This document shows, one piece after another, positions 42,806 to 56,922 of a stretch of DNA of 60,046 nucleotides. How positions within the stretch are numbered: position 1 is the stretch's first letter; the number at the start of each line of letters is the position of its first letter. The stretch spans positions 1 through 60,046 of the forward strand of contig JBPCJL010000105.1 in NCBI GenBank assembly GCA_051005355.1, written 5' to 3'. The DNA is from Ilumatobacteraceae bacterium. GTDB lineage: Bacteria > Actinomycetota > Acidimicrobiia > Acidimicrobiales > Ilumatobacteraceae. The position numbers were made by a program, and so were the translations under genes. The notes under the pieces were generated by a model. It made no database searches, was not told the origin of the DNA, and worked only from the letters and a program-made list of their open reading frames with translations.

Positions 42806-44913
42806 ATGCCTGCGACGCCGCCGTCGACCAGATCGTCCGCGCGCACCAACCCGTTGTCGCGGTCGTCGCTGCCGGCGTCTCGGCCGAGCCGGGCCGTGGT
42901 CGAGGTGGTCGGGCCGGTGGTCGACAGTGGTGCGTTCCCGGCCAAGGCCACGGTCGGCGAGCCGGTGACGGTGACGGCGGACGTGTTCGTCGACGGGCAC
43001 GACCGGGCGGCGGCGGCGCTGCGCTACCGGATCGCCGGGCGAGGCCGGTGGACCGAGGTGCCGATGGAGGCCCTCGGCAACGACCGGTTCGCCGCCACGT
43101 TCGTCCCCGACCGGCTTGGTCGGTGGCAGTTCCAGGTCGTGGGCTGGCTCGACCACCTCGGGACCTGGCTGCACGGCATGGAGCTGAAGCTCGCCGCCCC
43201 GCCGGAAATGGACGTCGACGTCACCGTCGACCTCCAGATTGGGTCGGCCCTCGTCGCCGCTGCCGCCGAGCACGCCACGGGCCACGACCGCGCCGCCCTC
43301 ACGGCTCTCCGCGACGCGCTCGACCGCGACGACACCCGCGCCCTCGGTCACCTCGCCGACGACGAGCTCGCGCCGCACGACGACGGCCACGTGCCGGACC
43401 TGCAGGACGTCGAGCCGGAGCACGGCGCCGCCGAGCTCCTCGAACCGCTTTTCTGGCGCGCCGGCCGCCGCGACCCGACGGCCACCTCGCCGACCTACGA
43501 CCTCGATGTCGACCCGGAACGGGCCCGGTTCAGCGCGTGGTACGAGCTGTTCCCCCGGTCGACCGTCGCCCCCGCCACCGGGCACGGCACCCTCGCCGAC
43601 GTCATCGACCGGCTCGACCACGTCGCCGCGATGGGCTTCGACGTGCTCTACCTCCCGCCCGTGCACCCGATCGGGCGGACCCAGCGCAAGGGCCGCAACA
43701 ACACCGTCACGTGCCGCGCCGACGACACCGGCAGCCCGTGGGCCATCGGCGGCGTCGAGGGCGGCCACCTCGCCGTCCACCCGCAGCTCGGGACGGTCGA
43801 CGACGTGGCCAAGCTGGCCGACGCCTGCCAGCAGCGCGGCCTGGAGCTGGCCATGGACATCGCCTTCCAGTGCACACCCGACCACCCGTGGGTGACCGAG
43901 CACCCCGACTGGTTCGCCCATCGTCCCGACGGCACGATCCAGTACGCCGAGAACCCACCCAAGAAGTACCAGGACATCTACCCGCTCGACTTCGAGAGCG
44001 CGGACTGGCGAGGCCTGTGGGACGGCCTGTCCGACGTGTTCCGGTTCTGGAGCGACGCCGGCGTGTCGATCTTCCGCGTCGACAACCCGCACACCAAGGC
44101 CTTCGCCTTCTGGCAGTGGGCCCTCGCCACCATCCGCGCCGAGCACCCCGAGGCCATCTTCCTGGCCGAGGCGTTCACGCGGCCCCGCGTGATGGAGCGC
44201 CTCGCCAAGCTCGGCTTCAACCAGTCCTACACCTACTTCACGTGGCGCCAGTCGTCCTGGGAGCTGCGCCAGTACTTCGAGGACCTCTCGACGCGCACCG
44301 TCGACTACTTCCGGCCCAACGCCTGGCCCAACACGCCCGACATCCTCACCGCGCAGCTGCAGATCGGCGGGCGGGCGATGTTCGCCAGCCGCGCCGCCCT
44401 CGCCGCCACGCTGTCGCCGTCGTGGGGGGTCTACGGCCCGGCCTTCGAGCTCGGCGAGCACGCACCCGTCCGACCCGGCTCGGAGGAGTACCTCGAGTCC
44501 GAGAAGTACCAGCTGCGCCAGTGGGACCTCGACCGGCCCGACACGCTGGCACCGCTGCTCACCCGCCTCAACGAGATCCGCCGCGCCCAGCCGGCGCTGG
44601 CCCACCTGCGCACGCTGCGCTTCCACGAGGTCGCCAACCCGGCGCTGCTGTGCTACTCGAAGACCGACCCCGCCTGGGCCGGCGCGCCCATCCTCGTCGT
44701 CGCCAACCTCGACGCCGCCCAGCGTCAGCAGGGGTTCGTCGATGTCGACCTGGAGCCGCTGGGACTTGCCTACGAATCCGACTACGACCTCGAGGATCAG
44801 CTCACCGGGGCGACGTTCCGCTGGCACGGGGCGTGGAACTTCGTCGACCTCGACCCGACCGTCACGCCGATGCACATCTTCAAGGTGCACCCGGTACCGG
44901 GCCCGACAACCTC

Positions 44914-44917
<4 letters not shown>
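42806..44917 (+). CDS. glgE: Alpha-1,4-glucan:maltose-1-phosphate maltosyltransferase
   Basis: [48 protein letters not shown] lies 8 nt upstream of ATG 42806. Confidence 0.9.
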
Positions 44918-48173
<3,256 letters not shown>

Positions 48174-48177
<4 letters not shown>

Positions 48178-49985
48178 TCTCGGCCGCCGGGCGCCTCGGC
48201 GCTACGCCGACGGGCGACGACTGGGTGCGCTTCGAGGTGTGGGCACCGGACGCGAGCCGAGCGGAGGTGGTGCTGGCCGACGGACGGCTGGCGCCGCTGC
48301 AGCTCGACGACGAGCACGGCACCTGGGTCGGCACCGTCGACACCGTCCGCCACGGCGACCGCTACCAGTACCGGCTCGACGGCGGCGAGCCGCTGGCCGA
48401 CCCGGCTTCCGGCTGTCAGCCGGACGGGGTCCTCGGCGCGTCGGCGGTGGTCGACAGCGGGAAGTTCACCTGGACCGACGACGCGTGGACCGGCGTCACG
48501 CTGACCGACACCGTGCTCTACGAGCTGCACGTCGGGACGTTCACACCCGAGGGCACGCTCGACGCGGCCATCGCGCAGCTCGATCGACTGGCGACGCTCG
48601 GCGTCACCGCCGTCGAGCTGATGCCGGTGAACGCCTTTCCGGGCCGGCGCAACTGGGGTTACGACGGCGTGTTCCCGTCGGCCGTGCAGCACTCGTACGG
48701 CGGGCCGGAGGCCTTGGCCCGGTTCGTCGACGCCGCCCACGCCCGCGGCCTGGCCGTCGTGCTCGACGTGGTCTACAACCACATCGGCCCTGAAGGCGCC
48801 GTGATCACCGAGTACGGGCCCTACTTCACGGCCACCTACCAGACGCCGTGGGGAGACGGGCTCAACGTCGCCGAGGCCGGCAGCGACCACGTGCGCCGGG
48901 CCTTCATCGAGAGCGCCGTGCGGTGGATCGCGGACTTCCATGTCGACGGGCTGCGCATCGACGCCATCGACACCATCTACGACCCGACCGCGCTCCCGTT
49001 CCTCGAGCAGTTGGTCGATGCCGTCCACGGCGCCGGCGCGCAGGCGGGGCGCACCGTGCTCACCTTCGTCGAGAGCGCGGCGAACAACCCCCACCACCTT
49101 CGTCTCCCCACGGAGGGCGGGATCGGATCCGACGCAGCGTGGAACGACGACGTCCACCACTCGCTGCGGGTGGCGCTCACGGGCGACCGCCGCGGCTACT
49201 ACGTCGACTACGACGGCGCCGCCGATCTCGCCCACGCCCTCGAGCACCGCTGGGTCCTCACCGGGCGCTACTCCCCGTTCCGCGGCCGCCACCACGGCCG
49301 AGCGGCCGACGACATCGACTTCAACCGCTTCGTCGTCTTCGCCTCCAACCACGACCACGTCGGCAACACGCCCGGTGGCGCACGGCCGCCATACGACGAC
49401 CGTCAGCGGCTCGTCGCCGCCGCGGCCACCGTGGTGTCGCCGTTCACGCCGATGCTGTTCCAGGGCGAGGAGTACGGCGAGACGCGCCCGTTCCCGTACT
49501 TCGTCGACCACCACGATCCGGCACTGCGCGAGTCCGTCCGACAAGGGCGCCGCCAGCAGTTCGGCCGCGAGTGGCCCGAGGCCTTCGCCGACCCGGGCGA
49601 TCCAGCCACGTTCGACGCCGCCGTGCTCGACCCGTCGGTTGTCGACCGCGAGCCGCACCGTTCGGTCCTCGCCGCCTTCACGGAACTGCTGGCGCTGCGC
49701 CGCCGGCATGACGTGCTGCACGATCCCGCTGCCGACCACCACGTCGAACTCCACGGCGATGTCATCGTCGTCGATCGAGCCGTCGACGGTCGACGGGTGG
49801 TGCTCGTCCTCCACCTCGGCCGTGGCTCGCTCGACGTCCCGGTGCGCTCGACCCCCGACCTGACCGTCGCCTTCGACGTCGGCGACCCGCGGTGGGGCAC
49901 GACAGGATCGCCAGTGGAAGTGACCGACGACGGGCTGCGCCTCGTTGGCCCGACGGCGGTCCTCCTGACCGCCTGCGTCGGTTGA
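48174..49985 (+). CDS. treZ: Malto-oligosyltrehalose trehalohydrolase
   Basis: GTG 48174 overlaps the treS-mak stop (GTGA). [41 protein letters not shown]. Confidence 0.9.
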
Positions 49986-52301
49986 TCAGGCGCGGACGAG
50001 GACCACGGCGGGGAAGCGGGCGAGGGCCGGACCGAGCTCGAGGCGCGCGGACGCGACCGGTGACCCGTCGTCGAGGACGTGGCGCCACCGGCCCGCCGGC
50101 AGCTCGACGACGGCGTCGGTCGCCGCCGGACGCGCCACCACCGTGATCACCCGCAGTTCGCCGCGCGCGTCCAAGCGCCCGAACGCCACCGTCGAGTCGT
50201 CGTCACCGTCCGCGGTGAGCGGTCGATAGCCGCCCTCCCGGCCGAAGACGTCGAGAAGGTCTCGGCGCAGCGCCAGCAGGCGGCACAGCACCACGGCGCG
50301 CGCGGCCGGCACGCCCGGCTCGGCCCAGGCCGCCGGACCGTCGAGGGAGGCCGAGCGGGCGACCAGCTCGTCCAGCGCGTCCTCGTCGGGCGGCACGCGG
50401 TTGTCCGGATCGACGAGGAGGGCGCGGAACGCCTCCGTGCCCTGGTACACGTCGGGCACCCCGGGCGCCGTGCACCGCGCGGCCAACATCGCCAGGTCGA
50501 ACGCCCTGCCCGACCGTTCGAGCGACGCCGCCAGCTCGGCGATCGGTGGCCACGCCAGGACGTCGTGGGCCAGTGCGCCGAGGCGCGCCTCGTACAGGTC
50601 GTCCGGGTCGGACCATGACGTGTGCAGGTCCGCCTCGCGAGCCGCCTTCACGAGGAACGCCTCCAGGCGCGCCGCCGTCAGCTCCGGCGTGGTGGCCACC
50701 GTCTGCAGCGCCAACCACTGCGCCGGCACCTCGAGGTCGGGGAAGCTGGCGTTTGCCATCCACTCGTCGTACACGCGCATCCACGGTGCCGCTGTCGCCG
50801 CCAGGGCGAGACCGAACGCTCGCACGCCGTCGCTGCGCTTGGTGTCGTGAGTGGTTCCGGCCAGCATCGTCGTCGGCCAGCGGTCCTGTGCCGCGGCGTG
50901 CTCAGCGTGCAGCGCAGCAACCGGATCGCCACGGTCGGCCTCTGGATGCCCGCCCACCTCGCCGAGCGACGCCAGTGGCAGGTACCGCCAGAACGCTCGG
51001 TCCTCCACGCCCTTGGCCGTCGCCGGGCCGGTCAGCTGCTGCCAGCGCGTGCGCAGCGCCGCCCGGGCAGCATCGTCTGGGGAGGCGAGGGCGTCGGCGA
51101 CGGCGTCGATCGTCGTGATCAGATCCGGGCGGTCGGCCGCCGCCTCGGCGCGCGCCTCCTCGAGCGCATCACGTCCGTCGGGATCGTCCGGCAGGTACGT
51201 GCGGTAGCGGCGCAGCTGGGCAGTGAGCTGGGTCACGGCGTCGGCAAGCACCTCTGGCTCCTCGTCCGGCAGGGCCGCCGCAGCGACGACGGCCACGCGG
51301 TCCCGGTCGGGGCGCAGGCCGCCGGCCAGCACCTCGCGCCGAGCGTCGAGCTCCCAGGCCCGATACGGCCGGGTGTCGCCCGTCGTCTCCGACCACCGCC
51401 GGGACAGCTGGGACCAACCGGGCCCGTCGAGCAGCGCGTGCTCCAGCACCCGGGCGTGGTCGTAGCCGGTCGTGCCGTCGACGGGCCAGTCGGCGGGCAG
51501 GTGCTCACCCGGCGCCAGGATCTTCTCGACCAACAGCCAGCGGTCACCGATGAGGTCACGCAACCCGTGCAGGTAGGCGGCGGGATCGGCGAGGCCGTCG
51601 ACGTGGTCGACGCGCACCCCGTCGAAGGCAACGTGGTCTCGAAGCAACCGCGGCACGGTGTCCACCTCCGCCGCCACCTCCGCATGCTCGACGCGCACCG
51701 CGACGAGCTGGTCGATGGTGAAGAAGCGGCGCACGTTGCGCGCCGGGTCACGCCAGTGGATCGGGCGGTAGTGCTGACGGGCCAGCGCCTCCCCGGCGGG
51801 GAGCTGTTCGGTGTCCGACGCCAGTGGGAACGTCAGCGCGCCGACGCGCAGTTGCGTGCCTTCGATGCGGACGTCCAGGTCCTCCGGCGCATCCGCCAGG
51901 ACCGGCAGGAGCACGGCGCCGTCGCCGGCGTCCCAGTCGATGTCGAACCAACGATCGGCCGCACTGCCCCGGCCATCGCGCAACACCTCCCACCAGTGCC
52001 GGTTCAGCTCGGGCCGCTCGACCGAGACGTGGTTGGCGACGTGGTCGACGATCGCCGCCATCTCTCGCCGCGCCAACTCGTCGAGCAGACCCGTCAGGCC
52101 GTCGAGACCTCCGAGCTCCTCACGCACTCGGGCGTGGTCGACGACGTCGTAGCCGTGCGTGCTGCCAGGCACCGCTTCGGTGACCGGCGAGAGGTAGAGG
52201 TGGCTGATGCCGAGCGCCTGCAGCCGGGGCAAGGAGCGGCGGACGGCGTCGAACCCGTGCTCCGGTGTCAGCTGCACCCGGTAGGAGGCGACCGGAATCA
52301 C
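49986..52301 (-). CDS. treY: Malto-oligosyltrehalose synthase
   Basis: SYRVQLTPEHGF, SHLYLSPV, HGYDVVDH, FDGVRVDHVDGL, TTHDTKRSDGVR. Its stop abuts the treZ stop (TGATCA). Confidence 0.9.
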   Translation of the reverse strand: MIPVASYRVQLTPEHGFDAVRRSLPRLQALGISHLYLSPVTEAVPGSTHGYDVVDHARVREELGGLDGLTGLLDELARREMAAIVDHVANHVSVERPELNRHWWEVLRDGRGSAADRWFDIDWDAGDGAVLLPVLADAPEDLDVRIEGTQLRVGALTFPLASDTEQLPAGEALARQHYRPIHWRDPARNVRRFFTIDQLVAVRVEHAEVAAEVDTVPRLLRDHVAFDGVRVDHVDGLADPAAYLHGLRDLIGDRWLLVEKILAPGEHLPADWPVDGTTGYDHARVLEHALLDGPGWSQLSRRWSETTGDTRPYRAWELDARREVLAGGLRPDRDRVAVVAAAALPDEEPEVLADAVTQLTAQLRRYRTYLPDDPDGRDALEEARAEAAADRPDLITTIDAVADALASPDDAARAALRTRWQQLTGPATAKGVEDRAFWRYLPLASLGEVGGHPEADRGDPVAALHAEHAAAQDRWPTTMLAGTTHDTKRSDGVRAFGLALAATAAPWMRVYDEWMANASFPDLEVPAQWLALQTVATTPELTAARLEAFLVKAAREADLHTSWSDPDDLYEARLGALAHDVLAWPPIAELAASLERSGRAFDLAMLAARCTAPGVPDVYQGTEAFRALLVDPDNRVPPDEDALDELVARSASLDGPAAWAEPGVPAARAVVLCRLLALRRDLLDVFGREGGYRPLTADGDDDSTVAFGRLDARGELRVITVVARPAATDAVVELPAGRWRHVLDDGSPVASARLELGPALARFPAVVLVRA

Positions 52302-53368
52302 CGCAGCGACGGAGGTTGTCGAGCCACGAGCGACAGCGACTCGAGGTCGATCGCTTGCTGCGCGTGCCGGTCGGCCATCGTGATGAACATCTCGTCGCCG
52401 CGAGCGGTCCGCCGCACCAGTGCCGACGCAGCAACGGCCATGATCAGCCCGCCGAAAGCCCAGCGCCGGTAGCCCTCCCAGAGGGCGTCACGATCGACGG
52501 CGACGCCCTGCTCACCGAGGCGGCCGACGTAGCGGTCGACGAGCTCGCCCTCGTGCCGCCGGCGCAGCTCGGGCGTGAGGCTGGCCCCGAGGAGGTACGA
52601 CAGGTCGCCGGCGGCGGGACCGACCCCAACGGTCTGCCAGTCCACGACGACCACGCGCGGCCCGCCGAACAGCAGGTTGTCGGCGCGGAAGTCTCCGTGC
52701 ACGATCGTCCAGGGCTCCGGACGGTGGCGGAGGTACGCACCGAGGTGCGGCGTCAGCTCGTCGAGCACGTCCATGGTCTGTGGCGTGACGAGGTCCCGGT
52801 ACTGCTCGTGGAACGGCCCGACCGTGTAGCCAACCAGGTCGACCGTGGCGGCGAGCTGCTCGGGCTTGGCGCGGTGTAGCCAGTCGAGGTCGAGCAGCGA
52901 CGCATCGCCCCAACGCGGGCCGTGCAGCAGGGCCAGCTCGTCGACGGCGGCGGCAATGTCTTCGACCGTGCACCCGGCCATCTGGTCGCCCTGCGTCGCC
53001 GGTGCCACGTCCTCGAGCAGCACGACGTAGGCGTCGGTCTCGGGGTCGTGGGCGGCGTGGTGGCAGTGCGGGGTGCGCACCGGGAGGCCGGGGGCCAGGT
53101 CGCGGTAGAAGCTGGCCTCGATCTCGTACGTGCGGGTCAGCCGGGCGCCGGCGCGGCTGGCCTCCTCGGCGGCGGGCACCTTGGCGATCACTGTCGCTGG
53201 ACCGGTGCCCGCCTCGGCGTAGTCCACGCCGATGCGGACGGTGTCGGCGACCTGACCGGTACCGACCGGCTCCAGCGTCACCCCCGTCACCACCGTGCCG
53301 AGCGCCGCCGACAGCCATTCGGCCGTGAGATCGCCGGCTCCGGTCAGGGGCGGGGCGGCGGTCGGCAT
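52298..53368 (-). CDS. Phosphotransferase, APH/eukaryotic-like-kinase fold (aminoglycoside phosphotransferase / EcKL-like family)
   Basis: Trimmed to MPTAAPPLTG (ATG 53368). Catalytic loop IVHGDFRADNLLF and metal-binding VVVDWQ. ATGA overlap with the treY start. Confidence 0.8.
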   Translation of the reverse strand: MPTAAPPLTGAGDLTAEWLSAALGTVVTGVTLEPVGTGQVADTVRIGVDYAEAGTGPATVIAKVPAAEEASRAGARLTRTYEIEASFYRDLAPGLPVRTPHCHHAAHDPETDAYVVLLEDVAPATQGDQMAGCTVEDIAAAVDELALLHGPRWGDASLLDLDWLHRAKPEQLAATVDLVGYTVGPFHEQYRDLVTPQTMDVLDELTPHLGAYLRHRPEPWTIVHGDFRADNLLFGGPRVVVVDWQTVGVGPAAGDLSYLLGASLTPELRRRHEGELVDRYVGRLGEQGVAVDRDALWEGYRRWAFGGLIMAVAASALVRRTARGDEMFITMADRHAQQAIDLESLSLVARQPPSLR

Positions 53369-53414
53369 CGGCGCGAAGGTACGGCAGCGACAGGGTGACG
53401 CAACACTTGAGCTG

Positions 53415-54758
53415 GTGAGGCTGCGCGTCGTCGCCGTGGGACTGGTGCTCGCGGCCTGCAGCGGCGGGGACGACGCCGCTCCCGTCCCTAGTGCGGCGCC
53501 GACCACCACGGCGCCAACCCCCGCGACGACCGTGGTCACGACCGCCGCGTCGACCAGCGTCCCGAGCCCGGCGGGCAGACCGTCGACGGCGACCGGACCG
53601 AGCAGCGCAGGCTGCCCCCCGGTCGATGGCCTCGCTGACCTTTCGCTGTCGGAGGGACTGGCGGCCATCCCCGAGCTGTCGACGTTCGCGGCTGCGCACG
53701 CAGCCATGTTCCCGCCCAACAGCGGCACCCAGTTCACGGTGCTCGCACCGATCGACAGTGCGTTCGCCGCCGTGCCCGACCGAGCAGCGCTGCTGGCCAG
53801 CCCTGAGCGCACCACCGGCATGGTGACCCTGCACATGATCCCGCAGCGCCGGATGAGCGCAGTCGAGCTGACGGACATCGGCATCCTCCAACACGTCGGC
53901 GTCGACCTGTCCTTCACGAACGACGGCGGCGTGGCGCGGGTCAACGGCGCGCAGATCCTGTGCCCCGACATCGAGACGGCGAATGGGACGATCCACCTCA
54001 TCGACGCCGTCCTGACACCGCCGATCGACGAGGAGACGGTCGGTGGCTCGCAGCTGTACGAGGTCGACTTGGCGACGGGCGCCACGACGCCGCTCGGCGC
54101 CATCGGCTCCGAGCTGGGCGTCATCGGTCTGACCATTGACGACGAGACCACCGTCTACGGCGTGACCGACGCCAATGAACTGATCACCTTCGATCCAGCC
54201 GACCCCGCCGCCGTGACGACCCTGCCGATCACCGGTGTCGCTGCGGGTTCGACGCTGATCGCCATGGAGATCGGGACCGCCGTCCTGGCGGTCAGAGACG
54301 CCAGCGTGCTGTACGCCATCGAGCCGACCACCGGGGTCGCCACGCAGATCGGGGACGGCATCAACCCGCCGCTCACCGATCCCGGAGTTGGCTTCGCAGT
54401 CACGCCGCGCGGGAACTCCGCACGTCTCGCCGTGGCCACCGGCGAGAACCTGCCCATCAACATGTTGACGGGCACGGTCGAGGTCGACCCATCGACGGAG
54501 CAGCCGCTGACGGACGAGATCTTGGTGTCCGCCGACGGTGCGGCGCCGCCCCGCATCGTCGCCATTGCGTGGGAGTACGGCCCCACCGACGCCATCACCC
54601 TGTACGGCATCGACTCGGCGGCGGGCACGCTGGTGCGCATCGAGCCGCCCGACGACGGCGTGGTGAGCACCGTCGGCTCGCTCGGCATCACCGTCACCGA
54701 CGGCGCCTCGTTCGACATCATCGGGGACGGGACAGGGTTGCTCGCCGTGCCCGGCTGA
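53415..54758 (+). CDS. Lipoprotein with N-terminal FAS1 (fasciclin) domain and C-terminal DUF4394-like domain
   Basis: GTG 53415 gives MRLRVVAVGLVLAACSGG (lipobox LAAC). Pro/Thr-rich linker. FAS1: FTVLAPIDSAFAAVP...NGTIHLIDAVLTP. DUF4394-like: VYGVTDANELITFDPADP...ITGV...LYAIEPTTG. Confidence 0.75.
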   Translation: MRLRVVAVGLVLAACSGGDDAAPVPSAAPTTTAPTPATTVVTTAASTSVPSPAGRPSTATGPSSAGCPPVDGLADLSLSEGLAAIPELSTFAAAHAAMFPPNSGTQFTVLAPIDSAFAAVPDRAALLASPERTTGMVTLHMIPQRRMSAVELTDIGILQHVGVDLSFTNDGGVARVNGAQILCPDIETANGTIHLIDAVLTPPIDEETVGGSQLYEVDLATGATTPLGAIGSELGVIGLTIDDETTVYGVTDANELITFDPADPAAVTTLPITGVAAGSTLIAMEIGTAVLAVRDASVLYAIEPTTGVATQIGDGINPPLTDPGVGFAVTPRGNSARLAVATGENLPINMLTGTVEVDPSTEQPLTDEILVSADGAAPPRIVAIAWEYGPTDAITLYGIDSAAGTLVRIEPPDDGVVSTVGSLGITVTDGASFDIIGDGTGLLAVPG

Positions 54759-54782
54759 TCGCGTACCGCCTACGGTCCGGTC

Positions 54783-55724
54783 ATGTCCGAACGGGTCGAC
54801 TACGACGAGTTCGCCTACTTCCCGGACAACGCGTCCGAGTACGGGATCGCCTACGCCGGACCGCCAACGGTGCGCCGGGAATCCGTCGAGCTGCCCGATG
54901 GCCGACAGCTCAGCGCGCTGGTGTGGGGGGACAGCGAGCCCGAGCTGGTGCTGGTCCACGGCGGCGCCCAGAACGCCCACACGTGGGACACGGTCGCCCT
55001 TGCCCTCGACCGGCCGCTGGTCGCCGTCGATCTGCCCGGCCACGGCCACTCCGACGGCGTCGTGCCGGCCGCGGATGGCGTGGCCGACCGCACGGAGCTG
55101 CTCGCCGCCGACGTGGCCGTGGCCGTGCGCCGCCTCGCACCCAGCGCCGCCGGTGTGGTGGGCATGTCGCTCGGCGGGCTGACGTCGATCGCCCTGGCCG
55201 GGCAGGCGCCCGAGCTGGTGCGATCCCTCGTGCTGGTCGACATCACGCCGGGCATCACCGGCGGCAAGGCCAAGGCGATCCTCGACTTCGTCCGTGGCCC
55301 GGCCACGTTCGCCAGCTTCGACGACCTGCTGGCCCGCACCGTCGAGCACAACCCGACGCGCACGGAATCGTCGCTGCGGCGCGGGATCCTGCACAACGCC
55401 GTGCAGCAAGACGACGGCTCGTGGATCTGGCGCTACCGCCGCCACGACGGCCCGTTGATCGAGGAGGAAGCGGCCGATGCGAGCGATGACTTCGCGGCGG
55501 CCGCCCGGGCGGCGCTGTGGGACGTGCTGGGCGCGATCGCCGTGCCCGTGATGCTGGTGCGCGGCATGCGCCCGCAGTCGGTCGTCGACGACGCCGACGA
55601 GGCCGAGCTGCGCCGCCGCCTGCCTGCCGCCCGCGTCGAGCACGTCGCCGAGGCCGGCCACAGCGTCCAGGGCGACACCCCCGTCGAGTTGGCCACCCTG
55701 ATCGCCGACTTCCTCCCCGCCTGA
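54783..55724 (+). CDS. Alpha/beta hydrolase
   Basis: LVLVHGGAQNAHTW, GMSLGG nucleophile elbow, and C-terminal AGHSVQGD (catalytic His). Confidence 0.85.
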   Translation: MSERVDYDEFAYFPDNASEYGIAYAGPPTVRRESVELPDGRQLSALVWGDSEPELVLVHGGAQNAHTWDTVALALDRPLVAVDLPGHGHSDGVVPAADGVADRTELLAADVAVAVRRLAPSAAGVVGMSLGGLTSIALAGQAPELVRSLVLVDITPGITGGKAKAILDFVRGPATFASFDDLLARTVEHNPTRTESSLRRGILHNAVQQDDGSWIWRYRRHDGPLIEEEAADASDDFAAAARAALWDVLGAIAVPVMLVRGMRPQSVVDDADEAELRRRLPAARVEHVAEAGHSVQGDTPVELATLIADFLPA

Positions 55725-55729
55725 CCCGT

Positions 55730-55815
55730 CCCCATCCGAGGGTTTGTTGCATCGGAGGGTTACGGGAGGGGAGGCCCCTCTGCAAACCCTCGGATGCAGG
55801 TAACCCTCGGATGGG
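55730..55815. repeat. REP-like nested palindromic element, copy C (four arms plus central hairpin)
   Basis: L1 ccccatccgagggttt (55730-45), L2 catcggagggtta (55750-62), hairpin gagggg-agg-cccctc (55766-80), R2 aaaccctcggatg (55784-96), R1 taaccctcggatggg (55801-15). Confidence 0.9.
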
Positions 55816-56905
55816 ATCTACGGTGCGGCGGGTGCAGCTGGGGGTGTGCGTCGCCTCCAAGGTGGACGACGTCGAGCACTTTCGGTTGGCCGAGCAGCTG
55901 GGCTACGCCGACCTGTGGATCGCCGACAGCCAGCTGCTGTGGTCGGACTGCTACGTCACGATGGCGCTGGCTGCGCTCAACACCGAGCGCATTCGCATCG
56001 GCACCGGCGTCGCTGTCGCCGGAACGCGCACCAGCGCGGTCACCGCCGCCGCCCATGCCACCCTCAACCGTCTGGCCCCCGGTCGCATCTTCTGCGGCAT
56101 TGGCACGGGCAACACCGCCATGCGGGTGATGGGCGCCAAGCCGATCCCGATCGCCGAGTTCGAGCGCTACCTCGTCGAGCTGCGCCTGCTGCTCGACGGT
56201 GACGAGGCCGAGGTTGCGTTCCGACGCGGGACGAAGCCGATCCGCCACCTCATGCCCGACGCTGGCTTCGTCGCGTTCCAGCCGCGCATCCCGCTGTACG
56301 TCTCCGGCTTCGGGCCGCGGGCGATGGCGGCGGCGGTCCGCCACGGTGACGGTCTCGTGATGTCGATCCACCCCGACGTCGAGTCGCTCGAGCTCACCTG
56401 GGCCCGGCTCGACGCCGCCGCCGCCGATGCGGGCACGACCCTCGATCGCGACGAGTTCCTCACCTGCACCCTCACGACGATGGTGGTACTGCAGCCCGGC
56501 GAGGCGATCGACAGCGACCGGGTGCGCCTCGAGTGCGGCGCCTTCGCCATGGCCGCCCTGCACTACGTCTACGAGCAGTGGCGCGAGGCGGGACGACCCG
56601 ACCGCCACCCCGGCTTCGAGTTCTGGGACGACTACGTGGCGATGCTGGACCGGGTCGACCCGGCGCGGCTGCACCAGCGGATCCACCAGGGCCACAACTG
56701 CTGGGTCGTCGAGGAGGAGTGGCCGTTCGTCACCGCCGACCTGATCCAGGCCTCCTGCATGGTCGGCACGGCCGAGGACCTGGGCCGCCGGCTGAACGAG
56801 CTGGGCGCAGCCGGCCTCAGCCAGGTCATGATCCTCCCGCCACTGGCCACCCGTGACCAGACCCTCCGCGACGTGGCCACCCACGTGATGCCGCTGATCG
56901 CCTGA
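55811..56905 (+). CDS. LLM-class (luciferase-like) flavin/F420-dependent oxidoreductase
   Basis: 3' part of ORF 55517..56905(+). QLGVCVAS...[15 protein letters not shown], the TIM-barrel LLM pattern. Start ambiguous: ATG 55811 lies inside repeat arm R1, and GTG 55823/55832 are alternatives. Confidence 0.8.
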   Translation: MGSTVRRVQLGVCVASKVDDVEHFRLAEQLGYADLWIADSQLLWSDCYVTMALAALNTERIRIGTGVAVAGTRTSAVTAAAHATLNRLAPGRIFCGIGTGNTAMRVMGAKPIPIAEFERYLVELRLLLDGDEAEVAFRRGTKPIRHLMPDAGFVAFQPRIPLYVSGFGPRAMAAAVRHGDGLVMSIHPDVESLELTWARLDAAAADAGTTLDRDEFLTCTLTTMVVLQPGEAIDSDRVRLECGAFAMAALHYVYEQWREAGRPDRHPGFEFWDDYVAMLDRVDPARLHQRIHQGHNCWVVEEEWPFVTADLIQASCMVGTAEDLGRRLNELGAAGLSQVMILPPLATRDQTLRDVATHVMPLIA

Positions 56906-56922
56906 CCGGTACGGTTCGCGGC

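Noticed and set aside
42373-44913. First 847 codons of the 1934-codon plus-strand ORF 42373..48177
   Set aside because: This part overlaps the RPP 3' end and all of glgE in another frame and is Pro/Arg-rich. The recognisable TreS sequence starts only at GTG 44914, which overlaps the glgE stop.
52512-55661. 1049-codon minus-strand ORF and the overlapping 48078..49814 (578 aa) antisense ORF
   Set aside because: They are antisense to the kinase, lipoprotein and hydrolase genes (and to treZ). The sequence is Arg/Gly-rich junk and crosses intergenic regions without signals.
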